Positions 1 through 15,837 of a stretch of DNA of 62,099 nucleotides are shown here, in pieces. Made by a program: the position numbers and the translations under genes. The stretch is from Neolecta irregularis DAH-3. Taxonomy: Eukaryota. Each line of letters begins with the position of its first letter. Positions within the stretch are counted from its first letter, which is position 1. A model generated the notes under the pieces. That model was not told the origin of the DNA. It was given only the letters and a program-made list of their open reading frames with translations, and searched no databases. The DNA lies in contig LXFE01000309.1 of the NCBI GenBank assembly GCA_001929475.1, positions 1 to 62,099 of the forward strand, given 5' to 3'.

Positions 1-350
1 AAGGCGTGAAGGTGGATTCGGTGGAGAACGCACCGGAGGGTTTCAAAGGCGTGAAGGTGGATTCGGCGGAGACAAACGTGAAGGTGGATTCGGTGGAGAT
101 CGCACTGGAGGGTTTCAAAAACGTGAAGGAGGATTCGGTGGAGATCGCACTGGAGGGTTTGAAAAACGTGAAGGTGGGTTTGGCGGAGACAAACGTGAAG
201 GAGGATTCGGTGGAGATCGCACTGGAGGATTTCAAAAACGTGAAGGAGGATTCGGAGGAGATCGCACTGGAGGATTTCAGAAACGCGAGGGTGGATTCGG
301 TGGAGATCGCACTGGAGGGTATCAAAAACCTGAAGGTGGGTTTGGTGGAT
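1..350 (+). repeat. Imperfect coding tandem repeat, 45-nt unit (CGTGAAGGWGGATTCGGTGGAGATCGCACTGGAGGKTTTCAAAAA) mixed with 27-nt units
   Basis: Repeated GTGAAGG(T/A)GGATTCGG motifs visible directly; variation is mostly at third codon positions of frame 2. Confidence 0.9.
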
Positions 351-409
351 TCTCCCGCAACAAACCAAGCTTCGGAGACCAAGGAAAATTCTCCCATGGA
401 AAATACTAA
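2..409 (+). CDS. 3' end of a gene running off the left edge; Gly/Phe/Arg-rich repetitive tail of a probable RNA-binding protein
   Basis: Frame starting at nt 2 reads RREGGFGGERTGGFQRREGGFGGDKREGGFGGDRTGGFQKREGGFGG...FSRNKPSFGDQGKFSHGKY* (TAA 407-409). The track ORF 6..425 is a shifted frame of the same repeat. Confidence 0.75.
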   Translation, partial: RREGGFGGERTGGFQRREGGFGGDKREGGFGGDRTGGFQKREGGFGGDRTGGFEKREGGFGGDKREGGFGGDRTGGFQKREGGFGGDRTGGFQKREGGFGGDRTGGYQKPEGGFGGFSRNKPSFGDQGKFSHGKY

Positions 410-685
410 AGTGATCTCACCCTAGTATATTTGAAATCCTCTAGGTTACACTTTGGGTAAATGGCGGTGTCTTGTGTTTGTTAGCTTGTATCTCTGTGAA
501 AAGCTGACAGTTTTGTTTGTCTCGTATCTTTCTGTATAGTGTCATTAGAGTATAATCCTAGACTTTGCACGCGATAATCTGTTACAACTTTTGATTATCA
601 TGACGCTACAGATCAGAAATGCTAGTTTGAGAATTAGAAATCGTCCTTGAGCTTGGCCCACCACTACTTCGTCTTACACACCACA

Positions 686-3600
686 ATGTCCTCTGAACTT
701 CCTTTCTTTACCAGAAAACAAGAAGATGAAAGTATAAATCATAGCTATTTGTATCAACCTAGGCCTACAAAAGCTGCGGCTCTGCCTCTGAAAGTTCCAC
801 AGATTCAAATACCAGTTACCGAGCCTATTGAATTGAAGGACCAACTCAAAATCTCCTCAAAATTGACTAGCCAGTCTTCTATATATCCTGGTGGAAATAG
901 AATGTTTGATGTTCCTTCAAGAACACTCCCTGGAGCTTGTCCCGTTACTCTCAATCATCAAATGAAGAGCGAAGCCAAGATTCCCATTTTCAAAGCTCCT
1001 CCTTTTGCAAATAAACAGTCGACTTCTTCTGACGAACTCCTTCCTTCTGTTGAATTAGCAAGCTCCATCAAAGAACTTGTTGGATTTTCACCCAAAGTTG
1101 TTGAGAAGAGGGTTAGTATCCTTTCTCAAACTCGGAAATCTCAAATCCATTTGCAAAACCCTTCAGATATAAAATCAAGTCCCCCATCAAAAGCCCCTCC
1201 TTCACTCTGTGTCAATGGAGAAAAGGATAGTAATGGGGTTTCAAAGCTTCTCAGAAAGTCTGTTAATCAACAAAGTCCCTCTATTAAACAACCTTTGCAA
1301 CAACAGGGACCGTTGAATATAAACACATACCAAAAGCCTGCAAAATTGGAAGAAACGAAGATCATACTGCCAAAGCACTTTATCGAGTCTCCACGTATGT
1401 CACCCTCCACTATAGAATCATCTGCGGCCCATTTCTCTTCCACTCCTGAAGCAACTATTTGGTCATCGATGAACCAATTAAGACAAAGTAGATTTGACTT
1501 GGAGACAAAACTTCAACTCAAAGTTTTCAGTATCATGTGTGAATGCTAATCAACTAGGAAAAAGAACTTGAAATTTCTCAAAAAGAACTTGAAAATGTCA
1601 AATCTGTTTCTCAAGACCTAAAAAAGAAATTTTTAGATCTCAGAAAGTTTATGAATGGCCTTGGAGCGGATTATGGAACGCTTTGGACAGATCTTCGAAG
1701 CTGGAGCCACCAAGTGACATCGCTTTCCACGGACTACGCAGCCTGGAAAGCAGGGTCGCAACAACTCTATGCAAGTAAATGTTTGAAATGCAGGGTTTTG
1801 TAGCTAACATTAGCCATTGAAGGGAAAACGAGCCATCTTGATATTGAAAAGTGTAAAAATCTCATCAAGGATCTCGATAAGCAACTTGCACAATGTGAGA
1901 TGACTAGACAGAGCCTCAAGCAGCGATGTGAAAATGATGCCGGTCTCTTGGGTTGGCCAACAATGCATTGGACATAAAACTGATTCGTGGCCAGCAGAAG
2001 AAAGGGATCGTGTGGTATCCTTGGAGGCAGAACTCGTAAGCGAAAGGCACCGCTCCCAGTCACTTCAAAACACTTTGAACAATGAAAGAGACGCAACGGT
2101 CAACGAATTGAAACATCGAGTGAATGCTATCATTAATGAGGAAAGATGTTTCATGACCAAAAGGTAAATCTTTTCATGTCAGACTTGTTGATATCAGTAC
2201 AGTCTAGCAGTATTCTTTGAAAAGTTCAAATCATCTGAACACTCAGAACTCAGGACTTTGATTGAGCAATGCAACTCTCGGTATCTCATTTGTTGTAGTT
2301 TGTATAGCTAAGCATTGCAAGAGCTACGAATTCGTGGAACAAGCTCGCCTCGAATTTTATGTCTGTATGTGCAAAAGAAAAACAACATCTTCAAGAAAGG
2401 ACAACTACTCTTGAGGATCAAATTAACTCTTTAAATATCAAAATCGAGAGGCTAGAATCAAATGCATTCGCAAACTCTGAAACTATAGAGGCTCAGAAGC
2501 AAAATATAACAGAGTTGACGACTTTGAAAAATCAAGCAAAGAGCGCTGAAATTGAGCTGAGAAACGAGTTTGTCCCGTTTTATCCGAGATGTTATAGCTA
2601 ATATATAAGGCTTGCCGCAAAAGATAATACTATTCAAGAACTTGTTGGAAAGCAAAACAGTGCCCAGACTCAGCAACAGGAAACTCAAGCCTCATTGGCC
2701 TATCTTGAGAGCAAAATGGTCGAAAGTAACTGCCTTGTCGATACCAAAAAGAAGGAATTGGAAGAAGCACAGCAAGAGATCAGTCGACTCAATACCGAGA
2801 TGAAGCACCTACAACGTTCATCGGACCAAGTAACGTTAGAACTTCAATCTCTTCACGACACACACATACAAACACAAGCTAGGGTCAAGGGATCCGAACA
2901 AGAAATCGAAAATTTAAAGTCTAATTCGATCCAATTGGGTGGTATATCGGAGGAGTACGAGAAGCTCAAGGTACTCGGCAAAACTGTATTTCAGTTGACC
3001 CAAAGCCTGAATGTGATAACCTGAGAAAGGAATTGGAACATCATTTGTCCCAGAAAGAAAGTTTAGAAGCCCAGGTGTGAATATATTTTTGAAAGCCAAA
3101 GCGTAACCTTAGCTCAAAAAGAGCTTCGAAGAGCAACAGGTCATTTATGAGAAGCAAGCTGCAAAACTCAAACAAAACGAGGCAGCAAAATATCACAATG
3201 AAATCAAAGTCAAAGATCAAAAGATCATAAAACTTGAGCAAGATCTGCTCACTCTTAAAACCTTAAATGCAGAAAAGGCTATAGATACTTTGAAGGAAGA
3301 AATGTTCTTGAAGCAATATGTATGCAGCATCCCGCAATCTGACTGACTCTAAAGGTGGAAGGATACAAGTCTGAAAATGCAGAGCTCAAGACAAGACTAG
3401 AAGATTTGATCAAGTCAAATTCTACCACCGCTGCGCTACTAGCCAAGAATATCGAAGAGGATAATGCCCAACTGGAGGAAATCGAAAGACTCACGGTCAC
3501 CTCCTACCGTTAGAAAAGGTTTGACGAATGCAGGCGATCGAGAAAACATGTCAAAGGATCAAAGAAGATGCAGGCAAATCTCAGGAAGCCGCAGACATGG

Positions 3601-4336
3601 AAATTTTAAAATTGAAAACAGAGCTTTCTCGTCTCAAAGAAACAAGAGCGAGCAGAACTTCAAATTCGAAAGCAACCAAGATCAAAGCATCGGAATCTCA
3701 AGCCACTCTCGATGTGAACTTGCGAAGACCATATCCCATGCTTCAACTAGGCGAGGGAGATGATGAAAAGGGGGAAGAGGTATATCTTTCATGGTATCAA
3801 TCTAATTTTGAAAGAGTAATTCTCCAACCAAGCAAGAAAAAATTAATGTGTAATCGTTGCACTGAAGCATTCTAATTTTTTGCAGGCCTTTGATTTTCAA
3901 GCTTTCGCAATAGGAAAATTAGTTCCAGAAACTCCAGTGAATGAGTTTGATAGTCTTCTTTCTCCGGCTCGTCACGAACCAAGCCAAATTGCAGCAGACT
4001 TTCGGCAAGAGGTTTGTATGCTGAATATTGAACAAAGTTCATATTACAGAACGAAAGCGGGAAAGGAAAGTTTAGCGCCAAAAAGCGCAAGGTACATGGT
4101 GATCCTGAGATCTTGATTAACCGAACAGCCCCCCACTGGCCATGATTCCTCAATAAAACCCAAGAAGGGGCAAGCAACTCGAGCTAAAAAACGGAAAGCA
4201 AGTTAATATTTATGGGAAGCGCTGACGATAGACGTTGATAGCGCAGGACTCAGACGAGGAATTCTGTTCCTCTGAAGGGTTTCAGGCGAAGGAGAAAACT
4301 TATCGAAGAACCAGCCGGTCAACCAATCATTCATGA
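686..4336 (+). CDS. Large multi-exon coiled-coil protein (S/P-rich N-terminus, long central coiled coil, basic/disordered C-terminus), function unknown
   Basis: ATG 686; ORFs 647-1549, 1928-2167, 2359-2601, 2695-3024, 3528-3875 and 3880-4116 can be joined by short GT-AG introns; E/K/L/Q-rich heptads; probable last exon ...YRRTSRSTNHS* (TGA 4334-4336). Confidence 0.7.
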
Positions 4337-4598
4337 CATTTCGTTTACCATATCTTTTCTACATAAACATTATTTATTCAGATGAAATAATTTCTAACCC
4401 AGTTGAACTGAGCTGTCTTGTGGAAACCTTGTTTTGAAATCTGCATGACCTCAAATTATCCTACGTAAATCTAAATAGACACCCGGTCGTCATTAGTCAG
4501 ACCAATTGCCTGCTTTGTCTGTCATTCGATTCGTTGCCTAGAAAAGTTGGCTTCATCTTACTCCTAAGTGCACTTTAACTGATTCACAAGAATGAGCC

Positions 4599-4984
4599 AC
4601 GTCATTGTAGTAAAATCAAGGAGGAGAAAACCCATCAGATAACCAGGAAATATCACGGATACGAGTTTCTTGCGACATGCTGATGCCGACGTCATTTCAA
4701 TAGTGTCTTGGACTGGTTCAGATTGATTCTGTCTGGAGCTCATACGTAGGAATTTAGAATCATGGAGATATCATATCTCATCGGTTTTGAGTCGATAGGA
4801 TCGAGATGAGGCAATCTATCATCACGACTTGTGGGAAGGTTTAACCTTGAATATATCGGTCTGCTAAAAATCTTGATGAATCCTATCAGAATAGCAAAAA
4901 TAGCAAATTTGAAAAATCCTGAAACAAAAGTATAAAAGAATATAGAAATAGAATTTGATGTAGCCAATACCGAATTTACGTCAT
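4599..4984 (-). promoter_or_regulatory. Three ATGACGT (CRE/M26-type bZIP) motifs upstream of the Myb gene
   Basis: ACGTCAT at 4599-4605, 4689-4695 and 4978-4984, all in the same orientation. Confidence 0.45.
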
Positions 4985-5057
4985 TCGATGAATGGTTGTG
5001 ATTGGGTCACGTAGCAAATGCGGTCCTCACAACCAGCTTCCCCATCATCAGAGCCAG

Positions 5058-6404
5058 ATGGTCAAAACTCGTCAGCGCATAGGTAGTGAAGAGCCATCTC
5101 AAGGGTTTAATGTCATCATAAGACGACGAGGCAAGGCGCAGAAAGAAGCAACTGTTCGCAGGTCTAAATCGAAAACAAGCCGGGGGACAGGTGAAGAAGG
5201 GAGATCTAAACGTACATCCCGCTGCACGAGGAGGTCGCAAAGAACACATGTGGATGATTCTGATATTGAGACAGGTATGGGGTGTTTAGAAGACACATTT
5301 ATCAATGTTGACAGATCGACTTCCCCAAAACAGGCAGAGTGTTTTGGAACAGATCACAGAAGAAGATTATCTACCACAATGGAAACCTTCAAAGTCCCTA
5401 AAGCGCAAGTTGAGTACATCAGGAATTACTAGTTCACCAACCCTCACGGCTTCTCCTCGCAGATCTCCAAGTGAGATGATGACCACTCGGCCTATTAAGC
5501 GTGCCAGATTCAAAGATGAACTCGCGAACTCGTCTCCGAAGCTCTTGAGAAGTATGCGAGAAGGACGAATGATGTTAAAAGGTACTGTTCAAGACCCTTT
5601 ACCTACTCCTCGGATCAAGGCGAGAAAATCAGATGATGATACTATTAGCAAGATTGATGCTCAGATCCAAGAACTTGAGAAGCAAAGGAATGATTGGCTC
5701 AAATCTCGAGAATCTGGACTATACAATCATCCAACATCCGAAATTCAATACCACGAAGGCCTTGGATTAATTGATGAAAACGGCGTTGAAGACGAGGAGC
5801 TGGATGAGGAGGGAGCTGAAGAAGCTGGACAAAGAGTCAAACTGACAGAGTCTCCAAAATTAACATTGCCTCCAAGACGAAGACGTATTGTTAGGAAGAA
5901 TCAATCTTCAATCGCTGAGAATCCTTCCGAATCAGAAGTAGAATCCTCATATGATTTTGCCAGTGACAATCCACAATCTTCATACATGGCCGTTAGTCGA
6001 ACAATTCGACGAGAGAAAAGTTTTTCAAAAATCAACGCCAAGACTCGAGAAGAAAATGTTCCTCGAAAAAGAATTCCCTGGAGTTTGGAAGAAACGAAGT
6101 TGCTATGCCATCTAATCGACCGATTTGGGAATACCTGGGCAAAGATGGAGCAATATTGTAGAAATCATCAAAGTCAGTATAAAACTCTTTTGATCAATAA
6201 TCGCGATCAGATGAGCTTTAAGGATCGAGCAAGAGTGCTGAAGGTATCTGAGTCGATTTTAATTCTCGACCTAATCCCTTATAGCAAAAAGTCATAGACA
6301 ATGATACTGTGGAGTTGCTTGGGGAGAATTGGCAGTTTATTACTGTCAACGACAGATACAGAGGTGTGCATCGACGAGATGGGGATGACCACAATTATGA
6401 ATGA
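5058..6404 (+). CDS. Telobox-type Myb/SANT domain protein, Taz1/TRF-like (421 aa predicted)
   Basis: Exons 5058-5274, 5315-6243 and 6285-6404 join in frame; C-terminal RIPWSLEETKLLCHLIDRFGNTWAKM...RDQMSFKDRARVLKQKVIDNDTVELLGENWQFITV. Confidence 0.75.
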
Positions 6405-6611
6405 AATGTTTGCGGGACCTATTCCATTGTAATTGAATTGACATTTTGACTATATTCTACACAGTACCTAATCGTTCAATCAATAAATTGAACTATGAAG
6501 AATTCCCCCAAATGAGATCAAGTAGTACAAAAGAATACCTAATAAAATTATTCCCTTCTATCAAAATGATGAAAATGGTGGATCTAGTTATTAATGTTGT
6601 CGAGAGGCTCG

Positions 6612-7241
6612 TCAACTCCAACTACCAGCTGTTATCACAGATCCCACAAGTTCTTCTCTGATTTTGATACTTCCAACTGCCTCCTTCGCTTTTCGCGAAA
6701 TCTGTTTCATGAATTCGCGTTCTTCGTGTGATATCTTGTCGCTTGATATTGATTTGATTTCTTCGTCCGACGAGATTGCAAAGTCTATATCATAAACCAT
6801 TCGTCTACCGTGAGAACTTTGAATTTACGTGATAGCATACGAGTAGTTGTTTGTTCGCTCAGAAGAATCTACTGAATGGACGCGCTCTACTGCATTCACA
6901 GCATAGATATCAATCAAATTTCTACAGAGAAAAGTCAGTTTCGAACGTCGCTGCTAAAATCGCATACTCCGATGTTCTCGCAACGATCCTAGCCAATTCC
7001 TCTTGCTCGTGCTGTTGCCGAGCTGGGTCAGGAATATGATTCGGCTGTAAAGATATTGGACTATGATATATAGTTAGAAGTGAGAAGGTTTTGCAAGGTT
7101 TTGCCACTTTGCGTGCAGGGAGTCAGCTTGCAACAATCCCGTTTGTTCTTCAGAATTCTACAATGTAAGCTATTGGTCCAACGGTAGCCATGCAATATCA
7201 GACTCGGTATCTCTCAAAAAGCAAGACAGGCAAATTCCCAT
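6612..7241 (-). CDS. Ego1/Meh1/LAMTOR1-like vacuolar Rag-GTPase anchor
   Basis: ATG 7241 gives MGICLSCF (myristoylation Gly plus palmitoylation Cys); EQTGLL dileucine-like motif; EQEELARIVARTSE core; C-terminal helix ...KAKEAVGSIKIREELVG; first intron is GC-AG (7158-7193). Confidence 0.7.
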
Positions 7242-8426
7242 TCTCACGATGTAGGGGGTGGTTAGGTTTCCGGTCGGCAGTCAACAAACAGTTTACGTCG
7301 ATTGATCAGTTTAAGTTTGAGACCTACCTAACCTTCAAAGGTGAGGTCTCCTAATTTATTCGACTCAGATGAAAGGTAAATTAGGTGCTTGTACGAATCC
7401 AATACTGCTCTTGTCATGTTTTAGAGCATGCTTTTTGTCTGTTTCTGTTCTTTAAATGCTATTCAATGCTAGTGAAGATAAAGGCAAAATATTGCTTCGT
7501 TACTTAAACCTGTAAAAGTTCAACGTACCTCCACACTTTAAGCCGTTTCTGAGAATCTGAACATATGCAAAAACTTAAGAGCCACACTGAGACTTGAACT
7601 CAGTTTCATTATCCAAAATTGATAACAAACCACCGTCTCCTTTTTCACCCTAAGCTAATAAGAGCAAAGTAGAAGGTCCAGACCTTGGACTAGGGAGCGC
7701 AAAATCATCGAAAAAGACTCAATCGTAATAGGCATTGGTAAGACTTCTGCTATAGGTAAGATCAGGTACTGACTAGGCGAGTCTAATCCTTGATCTGTCT
7801 CCAGGGACTAGAGATAATCCGGAAAATGTTATAAATACTACATCCCAACCACTTGTCGTATAGAATCACGAAATTTAGAATTTCATCAAAAAGGACACCA
7901 CTCGGAATTCTAGGCGAAACTCTCCCCTCGATGTCTATTACTATCTACATCACTCCTTCCCTTACCCCCTGTCCTACCTACTTCAGCTTAAGTTCTGCTT
8001 CTTTCGTTGGTTCCTGTTTTCTTCAGAGTATCCTCGATGCCGGGAGTATGTGATATGTTGACGAGTCACCTCGAGCCATTGGGGCTTAGTTTAGTTTTCC
8101 TTTTTTTATCTACAAATTCTAATTAGAAAAAGGATGTTGGGCTCTGCAGGTATTTAGGATAGCGTTCTGCCCCTCTTTGTTTCTCGAAGAGATAGCAATA
8201 CATCATCATCATTAACAATCAATTACTATCCTCAGAACAAGTATAGGCCCCATTCCCTCCCTCCTTCCCCCCTTTTTCGGGTTCCAGAGCTTGGGACAGA
8301 TTCTGCGCTCCACACTTTACATGTCCCAATATATCTGTTTAGCCATCTCATAATGGCGAGATCAGTTGACGACGGCGCGTGGAAACTTTCGAATTGGCAC
8401 CAAAACAATCCATAATCTGAGACAGA

Positions 8427-11400
8427 TCAACGAACCAGTCCAGCGAGTTTACTGTTCCTCTTCATCAACTTTTCAAGCCGTTTGGTAACAATTTCTTCCT
8501 GTTTTAATGCAACATGATATTCTCGTTCCAGTTGTTCAAGGGGTATCTTTGCATCACTGTAACTACCACGAAGAGTTTTCTTAGCTAGATCAATTTGTTG
8601 ATCAGTAAAAGTAAATGACCAAGTGACCGGTCTCTTAAAAAATGGATGTGATTTGAAATCGATTTCATATCCCAAGGAGGTTATAACGTCGATTGTTATA
8701 TCTCGGATTGACTCAGGAGTTGAAAGCCCAGATGGAGTGTCAACTTCTGAGACTACGGAGGATGAAGGTACTCTAATAGGCGTCTTGCTGTTATTCTTGT
8801 CTTTCTTCTGTCGACGTGCTGGAACTGGTGGATGATCCTCAACTGGGTTTACTGGAGTTACTACTGGTGGAGGTATCTCCTCGATGGGCGCTGGCGGAGA
8901 ACCTTGCATACACACAGGAAGACTTTTCTCTGTAACTTTCTTTTCGTCCTTCTTTGTCTTCCGAAACTTGTCAAGCGCCTGAGTTTCAGACCCTTTCTTC
9001 GACTGTTGAAAAGGCAGAGCGTTGGATACTTGTGGAGTCTTGAATGGCACAATGCGAATTCTTTGTGTCTTTGAGTTTTCTCGACTCCCAGCACTCGGAG
9101 AACCAGACATTTCCGTCTTTAACGAAGCAGCAGATTGTGGTCTGGTGGAGGCCATTGATTGAGACACTGGAGTTGGCGAAGGAACTGGACTTGCTTGATG
9201 ATCTATACCCCAGTAAGCCCATGAAGTCGATGAAAGGAGAACTAGAGGACAGCAACAAGCGGGCATTTGAACGTACCGGGGTATAGATCTAACGCGAGGG
9301 GAACTGTGATGGAGAAAATGAAAAGTTAAGACTGCTATTCGCATGCAATTACATGACAACCTAAGTCAGAAAGAAGTAGTGATGATAAACCAATGAGAAT
9401 TAACCGCACAACCAGTACAATAAGCAAGCCAAAATGGTGTAAGAAGAGAAATGAAGATAGGAAAAGAAATCCTGAAGAAAGAAGGATGGTTAAAATGATT
9501 CGCGACAATGAAGCCCCGGAAAGATCAATACACCCCATATCGTTGCGGTTGCTGTCCTCTAGGGAGATTATACCCACCTTGTTGCATGAACCCCTGCTGG
9601 GGAAGGGGACTAGGTCTCATAGACAATATGGCTGGGTCCGCTAGGTCTGAACGCGTCAACTGTGACCTGCCCTGCAAATCAAGTCTACCTCGATCGCTCA
9701 TTATGCCGTCCGTTCGTCTAGCCTGAGGTGCATATATTTGATCTCTGAGCGCACCTTCTCGGGATGTTTGTCGTGAGTGTTCGTTATAAGTTTGTGGCGA
9801 AAAAATGCCTGGTGGAGGGGTCGCTGTTGTCTTGTATGTTGGGCCGCCGAGTGGCTGTTGGAACTGACGTTCGAGGGTACTTGACGCCGCACGTATAGGA
9901 TAGTTGCCAGTGGAAAGTGGTTGAGAGACTCCAGGAGGTGCAACCATCTGTGTGTGATATGCCACCGGTGTTTTGGTTATAATCACGCGTTTTGCATCGA
10001 ATGGATCAAATCCTTGATCAACCAATACAGCTTTCGCGCCTTCAGCCTCGCGCCGTCTCCTAGCAGCATCTTTGGAATATGTGAAGAGAGGAGGCATTGA
10101 CTGGGCATTTCGAAATTCATCCGAGCCAAGAACTGCGGAAGCAAAGACATACTTGAACGAGCCATCGCAGAGAGCAGCAAGGGTCTTTTCAAATGCTCCA
10201 TAAAAGGGTTCAGGAGAAGCTGCCGGTTTTGTAAATCGAAATTTTCCGGAAAGTTTCTGAGGAGATTTACTATTCTGTTTGGATTGAGGCAGTTTTGCAG
10301 GAGGAATTTTAATGCTTGGCGGAGAGAATTCGATTGGTTTCTTTACAGGCGATACTTCCACATGGTCGATTGAAACAGGGGTATTAGAACGGCTGAGCTT
10401 ATTGGTTGCCCAAGATACCTTGGCGGGCAGAGGAGTATGATCGAGTGCATTTTCACTCTGGGAATGTTCCATCGCGACCGGGCGAAGATTTTTGATACGC
10501 TGTTTCTGTTCATTCTGTTTCATGGCATGTTGCCTAGTATGATTAACACTGAATGTTGATAATATCAGGGTGAGCATACAAGCTTGAAAAGTCTTCCCGC
10601 GAATAAGAATAGGAATCCGTTTCTTCGCCAGGTTCATGTAAATACATGCAGTTTGGGTTCTGACAAGGCTGATTTCGTAGATAGGCTGTGCAATATTTTG
10701 TTGTACCCAAAGACGCACTGATACATAAGCAAACTGAGCAGATATCTGGATATACTGTAGGACTTTGCCATCATTAACGCTACCATCCACAGCGTGAATA
10801 GCCCTAGCTGCATCTTCTTTCCTTGCAAATGTGATATATACTTGCACAGGCTTTTGTGAGTTGGCTTGGTTACGTTGGCCTGTGGTATTCCGATTGTTTA
10901 CAACGACTTTAAGGATCTTTCCGTATTGACCGAAGTATTCATGACTTCTTAAGGTTTGTTCAAGTTCTTCGTTTTGAATTTTTGGAATCAACCCAGTGAC
11001 GTAGACCAAATTCTTTTGCTGAACACGAACGGATGCCAAATGTTTTCGGTTCATGACTTCCATTTCCCTTTTTTCCCTTTCTTTCCTTTTCTTCTCCTCA
11101 TTGATCTTCTGCTGCCGCTTCTGATCATTTAGAAGCCTGTAGATAAATATACAGCGTTATTGAGAAGTTACATACTCAACCTGCGTAACGGGTGTGAACT
11201 CTATGGGCCGATCGTCATAAGGCCTTCGACAGGCTGGACATTTCCCATTCAGATTTTGTCTGATATTGTTCCAGCAAAAACAACAGACCTAAGTGCCATG
11301 AATCAAAATGTTCACTTGGAGAATATACCTGATAACCGCACTGGCAAGGCCTGAATGTACGGTCGGCAAGATCCATTTCCTCCATACATAAAGGACTAAC

Positions 11401-11495
11401 AGGACTTAATATCAAGTTTATGACGTTGTGGTATACCAGTCCATCTCGTCCTCGTCTGAGCCGGAGTGATCATCATGGCGATTTGAAAGAGACAT
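8427..11495 (-). CDS. NOT4: CCR4-NOT E3 ubiquitin ligase Not4; short form stops at 9525, predicted long form continues to 8427
   Basis: C4C4 RING (CPLCMEEMDLADRTFRPCQCGYQ|VCCFCW), RRM (HLASVRVQQKNLVYVTGL...EYFGQYGKI), CCCH region. The extension to 8427 is inferred (see findings). Confidence 0.9.
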
Positions 11496-11683
11496 TTAAG
11501 CGGAGGTAGTTTAGCAGATAAGTGGCCTGTTGGCTTGTTTGGGTGAGTTTAAAGCGTCGCCAGATTATAAACGAGGATGCGAAGAAGGCGAACGGAACGA
11601 AAGAGGAGGTTTAGGAGAGCTTGCGCTTCACATAGCGACGATCTCCCATTCTGGTTGCCCAACCACCAACTCACTTTATTCAA

Positions 11684-15130
<3,447 letters not shown>

Positions 15131-15837
15131 GAGATTATTTTGTAAATGCATGTTCGTCTAGAGGGTTTCTAGCAGTTCCACTTACTTTATCCAAATGAAG
15201 AGCCATTCATTATTCATGCCGCATACCAATGAGTTCCACCTTTTGTATACCCATCTCCTTTTCCAAATTCTTTTTGCCTGTTGAATCTGGACAATCAGCC
15301 AAAGTTTAGCTACTAGTTTCAATAATTGTGACTGATTCTCTTATCTTTTCGACGATATCCGGCTGTTAAGTTCTCAGATCGTGCTCCCCAAATCTTAGAC
15401 TCATAACCCTTCGAAGTTATTCTCTTTAAATTACAGTCTCACAGGAGTCTATGTGCCTTTCAGAGATTCGATCCTTTCTGCAGTACGATGGTGTTGAATG
15501 TATTCTAATAGAAGATTCCCCGAAGTTCTGTTATGTGCAAAGAAGCCAAGGGAGACATTCATAGTCACTTATAAGACTGACACAAACAAACCGAAATATG
15601 TTATGTAGTAGAATTACAAAAATTCTAATATTTCCCTGCGCAAATAAAAAAAAACTCTTCTTTCCGTTCCGTAATTTTATACTCGGAACAGTAGACATTT
15701 TCATGACGGGGTTTGTGTTTCGACAAAATGATAGCTTTTCTTTTAGAATGCTTGATTAGGTTTAAACAGTGGCTAATCTAAAAACCCTCTTGCTATTGAA
15801 GATTGTAAAATCTGGAGCTCGTCCGAGTTGGATAAAA

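Noticed and set aside
1-350. CRISPR-like array
   Set aside because: The units are contiguous coding repeats without unique spacers, and the context is eukaryotic.
6-425. Track ORF MKVDSVENAPEGF... as the real protein
   Set aside because: It starts at GTG and is a shifted frame of the repeat; variation is largely synonymous in the REGGFGG frame.
7331-7342. Zap1 ZRE (ACCTTCAAAGGT) upstream of the Ego1-like gene
   Set aside because: The palindrome has a 2-nt centre instead of the 1-nt centre of ACCTTNAAGGT; it is a single site with no zinc link.
15170-15705. Possible small minus-strand gene or aldo-keto reductase relic (MSTVPSIKLRNGKE...)
   Set aside because: Early stop, and I could not build a consistent exon chain or find further motifs.
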